From positions 1-41,748 of IMG/VR virus record IMGVR_UViG_3300022922_000019: a DNA stretch of 41,748 nucleotides; one strand, written 5' to 3'. The position numbers and the translations under genes are program-made. The notes below the pieces were generated by a model. The model saw nothing but the letters and a program-made list of their open reading frames with translations, ran no database searches and was not told where the DNA came from. This document shows, in pieces, positions 1 to 8,096 of this stretch (within the stretch, counting starts at the first letter, position 1; each line of letters starts with the position of its first letter). The DNA is from a virus. Taxonomy: Duplodnaviria > Caudoviricetes.

Positions 1-422
1 TCACATTTAAAGGTAAACCTTTCTTTTGGCAAGAGAGACAGCCTACTAATGATAAAGCAAAAACAGGGGATGGTGACGACAAAGAAAGAATGATGTTTAA
101 TTACATTAAAAAAGATGTGTCCAAGACTCCAGAAAAATTTAATAAAATAATTTCAAAATTTGGTAAAATATTTAAAGATTTGCCGTTTATTTGTTTTGAT
201 ATTATGGAAGATCAGGATGGTAAACTTTATATTATTGAATCTAATTCAATGCCAGGTGTACCATTTGACTCAACTGTAGATATTTATAGAGTGATCTTTG
301 AGGATTTTTATGGTCGAAAAGTGGATGCAGAAACTGAGGCTAAGCTAAAAGAATTAGCAAACTACATGAACAATAAAACCGTTACAATGGACGGTGGAGA
401 TAGATTTAGTGTAGAAAAATAA
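1..422 (+). CDS. ATP-grasp (RimK-like) ligase, 5'-partial
   Basis: Frame is open from base 3 (TFKGKPFFWQER...). C-terminal ATP-grasp signature FICFDIM...LYIIESNSMPG (D...ExN). Confidence 0.7.
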   Translation, partial: TFKGKPFFWQERQPTNDKAKTGDGDDKERMMFNYIKKDVSKTPEKFNKIISKFGKIFKDLPFICFDIMEDQDGKLYIIESNSMPGVPFDSTVDIYRVIFEDFYGRKVDAETEAKLKELANYMNNKTVTMDGGDRFSVEK

Positions 423-459
423 TAATAACTCGGATAAATAAATCTTAATTAAATTAATT

Positions 460-702
460 ATGGCAGAACCAAATATGAATTGTATGATTGTTAATGTGTG
501 GATACACCACATGCAAGTTGACGAATTGTTTGATTTTTTAAATGAAAGAATAGACCGTGCACCTCTTTATTGGTTAAATGAGGCTTCGGTACCTGTTTCA
601 ATAACTGGTGGATATGTCATGATTTCATTAACTTATGATTCTTATTCACATTTGTCATCTAATAGAAATTGGGACGAAGCACCGGGTTGGATAAAAGAAT
701 AA
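460..702 (+). CDS. hypothetical protein
   Basis: 80-aa ORF with AT-rich leader, preceded by GATAAATA (433-440). Confidence 0.7.
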   Translation: MAEPNMNCMIVNVWIHHMQVDELFDFLNERIDRAPLYWLNEASVPVSITGGYVMISLTYDSYSHLSSNRNWDEAPGWIKE

Positions 703-703
703 T

Positions 704-817
704 ATGAAAAAACAACAAACAAAAATGAAAGCGTTTCTTTTAAATTATAAAGGAACCAAGTACAAATCAGATACACTATTCGGTGTCATCTGGCAATTTA
801 TTACTAAGAAGAAATAA
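704..817 (+). CDS. small hypothetical protein (37 aa, not in ORF track)
   Basis: ATG 1 nt after the upstream stop. Translates MKKQQTKMKAFLLNYKGTKYKSDTLFGVIWQFITKKK and is followed by a terminator. Confidence 0.5.
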   Translation: MKKQQTKMKAFLLNYKGTKYKSDTLFGVIWQFITKKK

Positions 818-841
818 ACATTTTAAAAAAACTATGTATAA
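816..841 (+). promoter_or_regulatory. AAAC-N17-TATAA promoter-like motif (copy 1)
   Basis: AAAC 816-819, 17-nt spacer, TATAA 837-841. Same spacing at four other sites. Confidence 0.6.
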
Positions 842-843
842 AG

Positions 844-874
844 AACGTCTAAGTTAACTCTTAGACGTTTTTTT
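844..874 (+). terminator. intrinsic terminator
   Basis: AACGTCTAAG-ttaact-CTTAGACGTT 10-bp stem followed by a T tract. Confidence 0.8.
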
Positions 875-898
875 AGGTTTAAAGATTAAAAGAAATAT

Positions 899-1642
899 AT
901 GTATACACTAAGCGAATTACAGAAGATGATCTTTATAGACATCGAAACAAGTACACAAAAAGAAACTCTACAGGAGGTCATAGATGATAACCCTGCACTC
1001 GAAGAGTATTGGAATATAAAGACTACACAACTTATTGAAAGTCAACCAGAAACTCTTAAGGACTTCACAGATCCTCATAAAATGTGGTCACGTATGGCAG
1101 GTCTTTATCCAGAATGGGGTAAAATAGTTTGTATTTCATTTGGTCAATTAAAGTTTGATGAAACTGGATTTCCAAATGATTTTAAAGCGATGTCATTTAG
1201 CGGAACTGATGAAAAACAAATTCTAAAAGACTTTTCACAAACTGCTGCTAAAATAATGCAAAAATACCCTAATATGAAATGGGTCGGCCACAATATCAAA
1301 GGGTTCGATATGCCATATATTATTAAAAGATCATTGATCAATGAAGTTAGTTTACCATCGGCATTTCATTTACACAAACAGAAACCATGGGAAAATTGTC
1401 TTTTAGATACGCAGGAGGTTTGGAAATTTGGTGGATGGAATTCAGCTAAATTAGGATTAATATCAGAACTACTCGGTATCCCTTCTCCTAAAGATGCGAT
1501 GTCAGGTCCAGAGGTTAATGAGTATTATTGGAATGATAGACACGAAGAGATTAAAACTTATTGTGAAAAGGATATTCAAGCAACTGCAAATATCATGTTA
1601 AAGATAAGTGGTATGCCAATTATTCAAGACGCTCCGTTTTAA
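899..1642 (+). CDS. DEDDy 3'-5' exonuclease (PolB-exonuclease-like, stand-alone)
   Basis: ExoI FIDIET, ExoII GHNIKGFDMPY, ExoIII YCEKD. Confidence 0.85.
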   Translation: MYTLSELQKMIFIDIETSTQKETLQEVIDDNPALEEYWNIKTTQLIESQPETLKDFTDPHKMWSRMAGLYPEWGKIVCISFGQLKFDETGFPNDFKAMSFSGTDEKQILKDFSQTAAKIMQKYPNMKWVGHNIKGFDMPYIIKRSLINEVSLPSAFHLHKQKPWENCLLDTQEVWKFGGWNSAKLGLISELLGIPSPKDAMSGPEVNEYYWNDRHEEIKTYCEKDIQATANIMLKISGMPIIQDAPF

Positions 1643-1645
1643 TAG

Positions 1646-1715
1646 TGACAAAGTGTCATTTATATTTTAAAAAAATGACAATAAGTCTTAATACTTAGTT
1701 TGGTATTAAATTTGA
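1646..1715 (+). promoter_or_regulatory. TGACA-N3-TGTCA dyads plus sigma54-like -24/-12 element upstream of hsp20
   Basis: TGACAaagTGTCA 1646-1658; TGACAataAGTCT 1676-1688; TTGG-TATTAAAT-TTGA 1700-1715. Confidence 0.45.
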
Positions 1716-1726
1716 AATATCTATAA

Positions 1727-1779
1727 TGTTCAACACTTGGATTAGTTCATTGTCAATGAACATCTAAACAGATTGAACA
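1727..1779 (+). other. long irregular RNA hairpin in the hsp20 leader
   Basis: Nested stems TGTTCAA/TTGAACA, TTGGAT/ATCTAA and GTTCATT-gtc-AATGAAC. Confidence 0.6.
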
Positions 1780-1809
1780 CTAATATTAACCAAATAAAAA
1801 TTATAATTT

Positions 1810-2178
1810 ATGTTTTACACAACAGACTTTGACAGACACATGGACACCATTTTTGGAGGTTTACATCAACCTCTTTGGAAAACTGTAAAAACCGTAAGTG
1901 ACCACATCACAGAGTATTATCTCGAAGATGGTGAGTTAACGATGGCATTGCCAGGATTTTCTAAGAAAGATTTAGAAATTGAAGTTGAAGGTAATGTATT
2001 ACGTATTTCGGCCGAGGTTTCAGAAGAGAATGAAACTCATTTTAAGAAATCATTTAAAAAATCATTTAAAATTCCAAATGAATTTGATTCAGAAGGTGTA
2101 TCAGCCTCTATGCGAGATGGAATTTTAAAGGTTGCCTTTGGTAAGAAAGTTGAATCTAAGAAAATTAAAGTAGTTTAA
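1810..2178 (+). CDS. small heat shock protein (Hsp20/alpha-crystallin)
   Basis: ALPGFSKKDLEIEVEGNVLRISA, FKKSFKIP, ASMRDGILKV, and a C-terminal IKV (IxI) motif. Confidence 0.92.
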   Translation: MFYTTDFDRHMDTIFGGLHQPLWKTVKTVSDHITEYYLEDGELTMALPGFSKKDLEIEVEGNVLRISAEVSEENETHFKKSFKKSFKIPNEFDSEGVSASMRDGILKVAFGKKVESKKIKVV

Positions 2179-2181
2179 TTT

Positions 2182-2224
2182 AAATCTGGGCTAAAAATTA
2201 AAAAACTTTAGCCCAGATTTTTTT
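2182..2224 (+). terminator. intrinsic terminator overlapping the 47-bp repeat
   Basis: Perfect 14-bp inverted repeat AAATCTGGGCTAAA / TTTAGCCCAGATTT followed by a T tract. Confidence 0.8.
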
Positions 2225-2262
2225 ATGTCAATTTTTTTTGGTATATTAGCTATATAATTAAA
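2216..2262 (+). promoter_or_regulatory. 47-bp intergenic repeat, putative early promoter (copy A)
   Basis: GATTTTTTTATGTCAA-N10-TATATTAG-N3-TATAATTAAA; ATG 10 nt downstream. Confidence 0.75.
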
Positions 2263-2272
2263 AAGATAAGAT

Positions 2273-2467
2273 ATGATAAATTTAGATTACACTAAGATTA
2301 GTGACGTAGAAGTAGACGGAATAGACACCGCAGATTACCCAGATTTTTGTGATGCATTTATCTCATATGCAGAATATGACGGCAGAGAAATGACAGACGA
2401 GGAATTAGATGTACTAAACGAAGACAGTGATTTTGTATATAGTGCAGTTGAAAACTATTTATACTAA
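2273..2467 (+). CDS. small acidic hypothetical phage protein
   Basis: 64 aa with DYPDFCDAFI motif; directly follows repeat copy A. Confidence 0.8.
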   Translation: MINLDYTKISDVEVDGIDTADYPDFCDAFISYAEYDGREMTDEELDVLNEDSDFVYSAVENYLY

Positions 2468-2477
2468 TATATAAATT

Positions 2478-2798
2478 ATGGAAGACGGAGATTTTGATTT
2501 TGATGAATTCATGGAAAACAGTAGCCGTGATTTTGAAATGAAGCTTGAAGAATATCGAGACCGCATGATGCAAATGGCGATAGAAACCAATTATGAGAAC
2601 ATTCTAAAAAATGGAATTAACGAGTATCATTTGCGCCATATGTATGACAATGAATTGAGAGATCTTTCTAATACATTTAAAATGATGCTAGAATATTTTG
2701 AAGCTCATGAAGAATATGAAAAATGTGCTGTTGTTTTAAGGGAGCAAAATAAAGTAAATTCAGTTATAGACAGAAAATTAATCGACAAAGATATATAA
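2478..2798 (+). CDS. UVR (UvrB/UvrC)-like motif protein 1
   Basis: C-terminal MLEYFEAHEEYEKCA. Confidence 0.65.
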   Translation: MEDGDFDFDEFMENSSRDFEMKLEEYRDRMMQMAIETNYENILKNGINEYHLRHMYDNELRDLSNTFKMMLEYFEAHEEYEKCAVVLREQNKVNSVIDRKLIDKDI

Positions 2799-2800
2799 TA

Positions 2801-2860
2801 CGTCAGTGCTATCTAACTGACGGGCCCCCGATTAAACCAGCATCATTGCTGGTTTTTTTT
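2801..2860 (+). ncRNA. candidate small RNA (two hairpins, the second a terminator)
   Basis: GATATATA at 2790, then CGTCAGT-gctatcta-ACTGACG, a GGCCCCCG linker, AAACCAGCA-tcat-TGCTGGTTT and a T tract. Confidence 0.4.
2834..2860 (+). terminator. intrinsic terminator
   Basis: 9-bp stem, 4-nt loop, T8 tract. Confidence 0.85.
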
Positions 2861-2868
2861 GATATATA
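2861..2868 (+). promoter_or_regulatory. GATATATA putative late promoter
   Basis: Immediately after the terminator and upstream of a tagged gene. Recurs at 2790, 14556, 17174, 24841, 33091 and 34435. Confidence 0.55.
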
Positions 2869-2900
2869 ATATAATACCAAATAAAAAAGAAATTTATAAA

Positions 2901-3494
2901 ATGAAACACATTAAATTATTCGAACAATTTGTAAACGAGGCAAGTTATTTCACAGCAGACCTATCACCAGATTTACAAGAACTATTAATCGCATATTATT
3001 ACGCAGCGGAAGGTACACCTGAAGGTGATAAATTCACGGAAAAAATCATAGAACTTGGATTATTAGACGAAAGCGACATAAGAAGCGCTTTCACGAAAAT
3101 TTGTCCAAACTTTGAAGTAAGATCAATTGATGGTAAATTTACTAAGTTCAGAGGAGATAGAAAAAAGGCCCTAGAACACCTTGCTGAATTTACTAACGTA
3201 GGAAAGGTTAAAATTCCATCTGGAGATTATCCAACTGCTACAAAATTCATTATGGTTATGATTATTCAAAATACTGGCAAAAATTTAAGACTTGAGTATA
3301 AAGGTGGCAGAGGTTCTGCTGCTGATTTAGTTGAGTACGATCCTGAGGTTGTAGACCAACCGAGTTTAAATGTTATCCACCCACATCCAAGTGATGTAGT
3401 ACTAATAAAAAACTTCACACAGTCCCCTATTAGAGAGGTTCTAGATATTTGTATTAAAGAAGGATGGTTTAAAAAACCAGTATATAATTGGTAA
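2901..3494 (+). CDS. putative virion-internal protein with N-terminal MKHIKLFEQFVNE tag
   Basis: Start moved to ATG 2901, where the shared tag begins. Contains IAYYYAAEG, similar to 18638..19063. Confidence 0.7.
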   Translation: MKHIKLFEQFVNEASYFTADLSPDLQELLIAYYYAAEGTPEGDKFTEKIIELGLLDESDIRSAFTKICPNFEVRSIDGKFTKFRGDRKKALEHLAEFTNVGKVKIPSGDYPTATKFIMVMIIQNTGKNLRLEYKGGRGSAADLVEYDPEVVDQPSLNVIHPHPSDVVLIKNFTQSPIREVLDICIKEGWFKKPVYNW

Positions 3495-3516
3495 TTTAGA
3501 TTATAATATATACACT

Positions 3517-3774
3517 ATGAAGCATATTAAACTATATGAAGAATTTAGAGCTGATCTTAAAGATGAAGACTCTCTATTACAAGACATTAGACACTTTAAT
3601 GGATCTATCCAAACCCTCGACGATTGGCTTCGTAGTAAAATTGGTGAAACAAATCCATATAAAGACACTATAATGGTAAATGGTCCACATAAGGGTGATA
3701 AAGATAATTCTCTGCCTTATCAAGATTTTCAAAATGGTAAGTCAGACCTTGTAAAAAATAGACATGGAAGATAA
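3517..3774 (+). CDS. tagged hypothetical protein (MKHIKLYEEF)
   Basis: Shared N-terminal tag; AATATATA at 3505. Confidence 0.7.
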   Translation: MKHIKLYEEFRADLKDEDSLLQDIRHFNGSIQTLDDWLRSKIGETNPYKDTIMVNGPHKGDKDNSLPYQDFQNGKSDLVKNRHGR

Positions 3775-3985
3775 AACAGCAAAAGAGCTAATAGCTCAAC
3801 TAAAAAGAATAGCCGACGCATTAGAAAAATCTAACAAGGCAGCAGAAGCTTCTGAGAAGAGAAGAATTGTTATAGAGAAACTGCAAGAAAAAAATCTAAA
3901 GGCAGATCTTAGAGAAAAGATTATCGTGAATCCAGAAAAGGTAATACACACTGGACCAAGACTAGAATCAAATGGATCCGTATAA
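3764..3985 (+). CDS. hypothetical coiled-coil protein
   Basis: 73 aa with LKRIADALEK; overlaps both neighbours. Confidence 0.7.
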   Translation: MEDKTAKELIAQLKRIADALEKSNKAAEASEKRRIVIEKLQEKNLKADLREKIIVNPEKVIHTGPRLESNGSV

Positions 3986-4781
3986 TGTATTAGGAGTTGA
4001 CAAAACATCTTCACATGATGATATAAAAAAAGCTTATCGTAGACTAGCGAAAGAACATCATCCTGATAAAAATGGAGGGGATGATAGTCAATTTAAAGAA
4101 ATAGCAGAGGCATATGAAAAGATAGGAGATGAATCTTCTAGACAACAATGGGATGCTACATCTAATTTCCAAAATTTTTCAGGATTTGATGGCCGAGTTA
4201 ATATGTCTGATTTATTTGATCAGGTTTTTGGCAACGCATTTAATTCATCCAGACAATCGACCAAAGGATCTGATCTAAGATTAGATTTACATTTAAGTTT
4301 TGATGAAGCCTATCATGGAACTTCTAAACAATTTACAGTAAACGGACAAGATCTTAGAGTTGATTTTAAACCAGGTCTAAAATCAGGTATGAAGCTTAGA
4401 ATACCCGGAAAAGGTCAACCTCATCAATTTAATAGTACTTTACCAAACGGAGACTTAATAATCCACGTACACGTCATACACAATTCTAATTGGATTTTAC
4501 AAGGCGATGATATATGGGTAGAACTTAATATAAACTGGTACGATATTTTCTTAGGTACTAAGGTCAGTGTCAATACGCCAAGTGGACAACTTTACATTAA
4601 TATACCAGAAAATAGTTATCCAGGAAAAACGTTGAGAATAAAAGATAGAGGATATCCTATCTATAATACTGACAAAAAGGGCGCTCTTTTATGTAAATTA
4701 AATCCGATTTATAATGAACTAAATCATGATCAATTGGAATATATAAAGAAAGTAAAAGATACCGATAATGAATATAAATGA
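3972..4781 (+). CDS. dnaJ: DnaJ/CbpA-type co-chaperone (J domain plus C-terminal domain, no zinc finger)
   Basis: DPYNVLGV...IKKAYRRLAKEHHPDKN (HPD motif), short G/F linker, LRIPGKG, GDL, LRIKDRGYP. Confidence 0.92.
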   Translation: MDPYNVLGVDKTSSHDDIKKAYRRLAKEHHPDKNGGDDSQFKEIAEAYEKIGDESSRQQWDATSNFQNFSGFDGRVNMSDLFDQVFGNAFNSSRQSTKGSDLRLDLHLSFDEAYHGTSKQFTVNGQDLRVDFKPGLKSGMKLRIPGKGQPHQFNSTLPNGDLIIHVHVIHNSNWILQGDDIWVELNINWYDIFLGTKVSVNTPSGQLYINIPENSYPGKTLRIKDRGYPIYNTDKKGALLCKLNPIYNELNHDQLEYIKKVKDTDNEYK

Positions 4782-5022
4782 TTATACCTTTGGCGATAAT
4801 AACAAGTGGTTCAAAATAATAGATGGACTGATTGTTAACAATGAAGACATGTTTTTCAACGCGCTTTATATGGCTATGACTAATCATCCAATGTATGTTA
4901 TATCGTCAGACCTTGAAAACGAAAGAAAGGACGTTATTTTAAGTGCTATGATAAAATATTTTGAAGTTAAAGAAGAATTTGAAAAGTGCGCGAGCATATA
5001 CAATATAAAAAAACAAATATAA
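4768..5022 (+). CDS. UVR-like motif protein 2
   Basis: C-terminal MIKYFEVKEEFEKCA. Confidence 0.65.
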   Translation: MNINDYTFGDNNKWFKIIDGLIVNNEDMFFNALYMAMTNHPMYVISSDLENERKDVILSAMIKYFEVKEEFEKCASIYNIKKQI

Positions 5023-5028
5023 ATCCAA

Positions 5029-5217
5029 ATGTTGATAACCAAAGTAGAAAATGGTAATATAGAAAAAGCTTTAAAGCAATATAAGCGAAAAGTTATTAAT
5101 ACTAAGCAAATTAAAAATTTAAGAGATCAACAGGATTATACCAAGCCATCTGTTAAAAAGCGTCTGAAATTCCAAAAGGCCAAATACTTAGAAAATAAGA
5201 ATAATTCTTTATTATAA
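5029..5217 (+). CDS. rpsU: 30S ribosomal protein bS21, phage-encoded
   Basis: 62 aa, basic; NIEKALKQYKRK...LR...YTKPSVKKR...QKAKY matches the bS21 pattern, Bacteroidota type. Confidence 0.9.
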   Translation: MLITKVENGNIEKALKQYKRKVINTKQIKNLRDQQDYTKPSVKKRLKFQKAKYLENKNNSLL

Positions 5218-5290
5218 TATTAATAAATTATCCTAATATTTTCACAGTAAAATTTAATGTTAGTAAAATCTTTATACTAATATATACAAT

Positions 5291-5308
5291 GTGATACTAC
5301 GGTATCAT
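5291..5308 (+). other. cUACGg tetraloop hairpin in a leader
   Basis: GTGATAC-TACG-GTATCAT just after AATATATA (5279-5286). Confidence 0.6.
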
Positions 5309-5331
5309 TATAAAAATATCTAAAGACACAG

Positions 5332-5592
5332 ATGGCAGGCTTTATTTCCGGTTCAGATAAAGATAGTTTAATGAGGGCTAGTTATTATCAAATAACGCGC
5401 AACTTTACTAAAACAGTAAATAGATTCATCGCATTCAAAGATACTGATCGTATAGTTGAAATTCCACATGGTATTAAACAAAGAAGTAAATTCATAGATT
5501 TAATGATTAAATATTTCGAATCTCTGGAAGAATACGAAAAATGTACAAAATTGATGAAGCTAAAAGAACTTGTCATTATGGCAGGGGATTAA
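5332..5592 (+). CDS. UVR-like motif protein 3
   Basis: C-terminal MIKYFESLEEYEKCT. Confidence 0.65.
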   Translation: MAGFISGSDKDSLMRASYYQITRNFTKTVNRFIAFKDTDRIVEIPHGIKQRSKFIDLMIKYFESLEEYEKCTKLMKLKELVIMAGD

Positions 5593-5611
5593 TATAAAAA
5601 TAAATTATTAC

Positions 5612-6319
5612 ATGAGCGATAAACGTGAAAGACAATCAAGACAAAGTAAAGGCGGAACAATTGAATCCGGCTTGAAAAGAGTTCAACTTAGACAATCACA
5701 ACAAAAATATGTAAAACAAATAGAGGAAAACGATATAACGTTTTGTTACGGACCAGCAGGTACCTCAAAAACATTCACAGCATGTTACGTAGCACTTAAA
5801 TTATTACAAGAGAAAAAAGTCAAAGAGATTATTCTTTGCAAACCTATACAAGAAGCTGGCGAAAAATTAGGATTTTTGCCAGGTACAAAAGAAGAAAAGA
5901 TTGATCCTTATATGAATTCGTATATTTCAAATATTACGAAGATTGTTGGAGGACAACAAGCTAAATATTTATTTGATAGTAACACAATTAGATTCGAACC
6001 ATTAGCATATATGAGAGGTGATACTTTCGATGACGCATTAATGGTATTAGATGAAGCACAAAATGCAACATTTAAGCAGTTAATGCTATTCGTAACTAGA
6101 ATGGGTAAGTCTAGTAAAGTTGTTGTTACTGGTGATGTTAGTCAACATGATATCGCCAGACAACATGTAAGTCTTCCTAATTTTATAGATATTATGAAAG
6201 ATATTAAGGGTATTGGTGTACACGTATTCAATAACACTGATATAGTTAGGGCTAAAATCCTCCAAGAAGTTGTAGAGAAATACGATAATTGGAAAGCTAA
6301 CAACGAGAATAAATTCTAG
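5612..6319 (+). CDS. phoH: PhoH-family ATPase
   Basis: GPAGTSKT, GEKLGFLPG, PLAYMRGDTF, LDEAQN, TRMG, VTGD. Start moved to ATG 5612. Confidence 0.95.
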   Translation: MSDKRERQSRQSKGGTIESGLKRVQLRQSQQKYVKQIEENDITFCYGPAGTSKTFTACYVALKLLQEKKVKEIILCKPIQEAGEKLGFLPGTKEEKIDPYMNSYISNITKIVGGQQAKYLFDSNTIRFEPLAYMRGDTFDDALMVLDEAQNATFKQLMLFVTRMGKSSKVVVTGDVSQHDIARQHVSLPNFIDIMKDIKGIGVHVFNNTDIVRAKILQEVVEKYDNWKANNENKF

Positions 6320-6345
6320 AAACAATTTGACTGATCCACGTATAA
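6320..6345 (+). promoter_or_regulatory. AAAC-N17-TATAA promoter-like motif (copy 2)
   Basis: AAAC 6320-6323, TATAA 6341-6345; upstream of RNase HII. Confidence 0.6.
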
Positions 6346-6360
6346 GTATAAACATTATAT

Positions 6361-6993
6361 ATGGATCAGTATCAAATTTTATTAAAACACAGTCACACTG
6401 GCGATGAAGCGACCATTGAGATTGGATTAGACGAAGCAGGTCGTGGCGCATTAGCAGGTCCAGTAACTGTCGCGGCATGTATAATGCCATATGGATTTCA
6501 ACATGAACTTATTAAAGACTCTAAACTATTGAGTGAACCACAGCGAGCAGCGGCTAGACAATTGGTATTAGATAATTGCTTAGCTTATTCAGTGGTTCAT
6601 ATTCCTGTTGAAGAAATAGAATCTACAAATATTCTTAAGGCAACTCTCAACGGTATGAAAAAATGCCTAGAAGAAGTTAAAAAAAATCATGACTTTGATT
6701 TTATCCTCGTAGACGGCGATCAATTCCATGGATATGACGGTATACCATTTGAAACTGTAGTTGGAGGAGATAATATGTATGTTAGTATTGCAGCCGCATC
6801 TATTTTAGCTAAAACTGAACGAGATCGTTTAATGAAAGACTTAAGCGTAGATTATATGTCATATGGATGGGGATCAAATAAAGGATATGGTACTAAACAA
6901 CATAGAGATGCCATCGTAAGCGAAGGATCAACACCTCATCATAGACAATCATTCATTAGTCACATGTTGACTAAAACAAACACATTATTTTGA
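6361..6993 (+). CDS. rnhB: ribonuclease HII
   Basis: GLDEAGRGALAGPV, DSKLL, VDG, SIAAASILAK, NKGYGT, HRQSF. Confidence 0.95.
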   Translation: MDQYQILLKHSHTGDEATIEIGLDEAGRGALAGPVTVAACIMPYGFQHELIKDSKLLSEPQRAAARQLVLDNCLAYSVVHIPVEEIESTNILKATLNGMKKCLEEVKKNHDFDFILVDGDQFHGYDGIPFETVVGGDNMYVSIAAASILAKTERDRLMKDLSVDYMSYGWGSNKGYGTKQHRDAIVSEGSTPHHRQSFISHMLTKTNTLF

Positions 6994-7334
6994 GAGGACT
7001 TTTAACAGGCATGCTACTATTTTTAGCAGGACAAACTATGATCTGGTTTCAAACTAATGGCCAGTTTATATCACCGTGGATAAAAAAGAATCCTATTTTT
7101 GTTTCTATTTTAGGCGGAACTATTATAAGCTATATGTTTATTAGAGCTACTGCTTTAATAGCTGGTTATTATGATGGAGCAATTTGGCCAGGTAGATTTA
7201 TTGGATTTTCAATGGGTATCACTTCTTTCGCATTCCTAACTTGGTATTTTATGGGAGAAGGTATTAATACTAAAACATTGGTTTCATTAGGTTTAGCTAC
7301 TTGTTTAATTTGTGTACAATTATTTTGGAAATGA
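6990..7334 (+). CDS. small 4-TM membrane protein (SMR/DMT-like)
   Basis: 114 aa, four hydrophobic segments; TTG start overlapping the upstream stop. Confidence 0.6.
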   Translation: MRGLLTGMLLFLAGQTMIWFQTNGQFISPWIKKNPIFVSILGGTIISYMFIRATALIAGYYDGAIWPGRFIGFSMGITSFAFLTWYFMGEGINTKTLVSLGLATCLICVQLFWK

Positions 7335-7585
7335 AAAAATTAAATTTACCTTGGTTAGAAAACGATAAACCAACTAATGTTGTTGTCTATAGAAAAACAA
7401 AAACTAGTAAGAAATACTATATGATAGTTACTAATATACATTTGGATGTTATTAACAATCTTAGAGCAACTAAACCTATAATCCCACATAAATATGAAAT
7501 TGTAGAGATGGGCGTAGGACATAGTTTTATAGAATCTTATGCTAAGACTTATAAGATAACTAATCCAGAAATAATTACAAAATAA
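7331..7585 (+). CDS. hypothetical protein
   Basis: ATGA overlap with the upstream gene gives start 7331. Confidence 0.7.
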   Translation: MKKLNLPWLENDKPTNVVVYRKTKTSKKYYMIVTNIHLDVINNLRATKPIIPHKYEIVEMGVGHSFIESYAKTYKITNPEIITK

Positions 7586-7594
7586 ATTACCTCA

Positions 7595-7641
7595 GATTTT
7601 TTTATGTCAATAATTTGTGGTATATTAGTAGTATAATTAAA
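7595..7641 (+). promoter_or_regulatory. 47-bp intergenic repeat (copy B)
   Basis: Identical to copy C over 47 bp. Confidence 0.75.
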
Positions 7642-7647
7642 GGAAGA

Positions 7648-7872
7648 ATGATAAGAAAGAAACTACACAAACATCAAGGAAATCCGATAGTCATTGATTT
7701 GACAGGTCCCGAAGGAAACGCATTTATGTTACTTGCATATGCTAAATCATTTTCAAAAGATCTTGGAAAAGATTACACAGAAATATACAAGCAGATGACA
7801 AGTGGAGATTACGAAAATTTAATTAAAGTCTTTGACGATTCATTTGGAGACTTTGTAATACTAGAAAGATAA
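7648..7872 (+). CDS. hypothetical phage protein
   Basis: Start moved downstream of the repeat; IDLTGPEGNAF motif. Confidence 0.75.
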   Translation: MIRKKLHKHQGNPIVIDLTGPEGNAFMLLAYAKSFSKDLGKDYTEIYKQMTSGDYENLIKVFDDSFGDFVILER

Positions 7873-7873
7873 T

Positions 7874-8095
7874 ATGAAAAGATCAATTAATATAATTAGC
7901 ACTTGGATCGGTGCACTCATAGCTGTGGCGTTTATAGCTGTTTTTATGGCATTACCAACACAATGGCTATGGAATACTTGTTTAGTTCCAGCTATTGATA
8001 GTGTTAATCCCATAGGTTTTTGGCAAGCACTAGGTTTGAATGTACTAGCTTCTATTTTATTTAAGAATTCACAAATTAAAAAAACAGAATCATAA
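7874..8095 (+). CDS. small membrane protein
   Basis: Two hydrophobic segments; WLWN...IGFWQALGL. Confidence 0.7.
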   Translation: MKRSINIISTWIGALIAVAFIAVFMALPTQWLWNTCLVPAIDSVNPIGFWQALGLNVLASILFKNSQIKKTES

Positions 8096-8096
8096 T

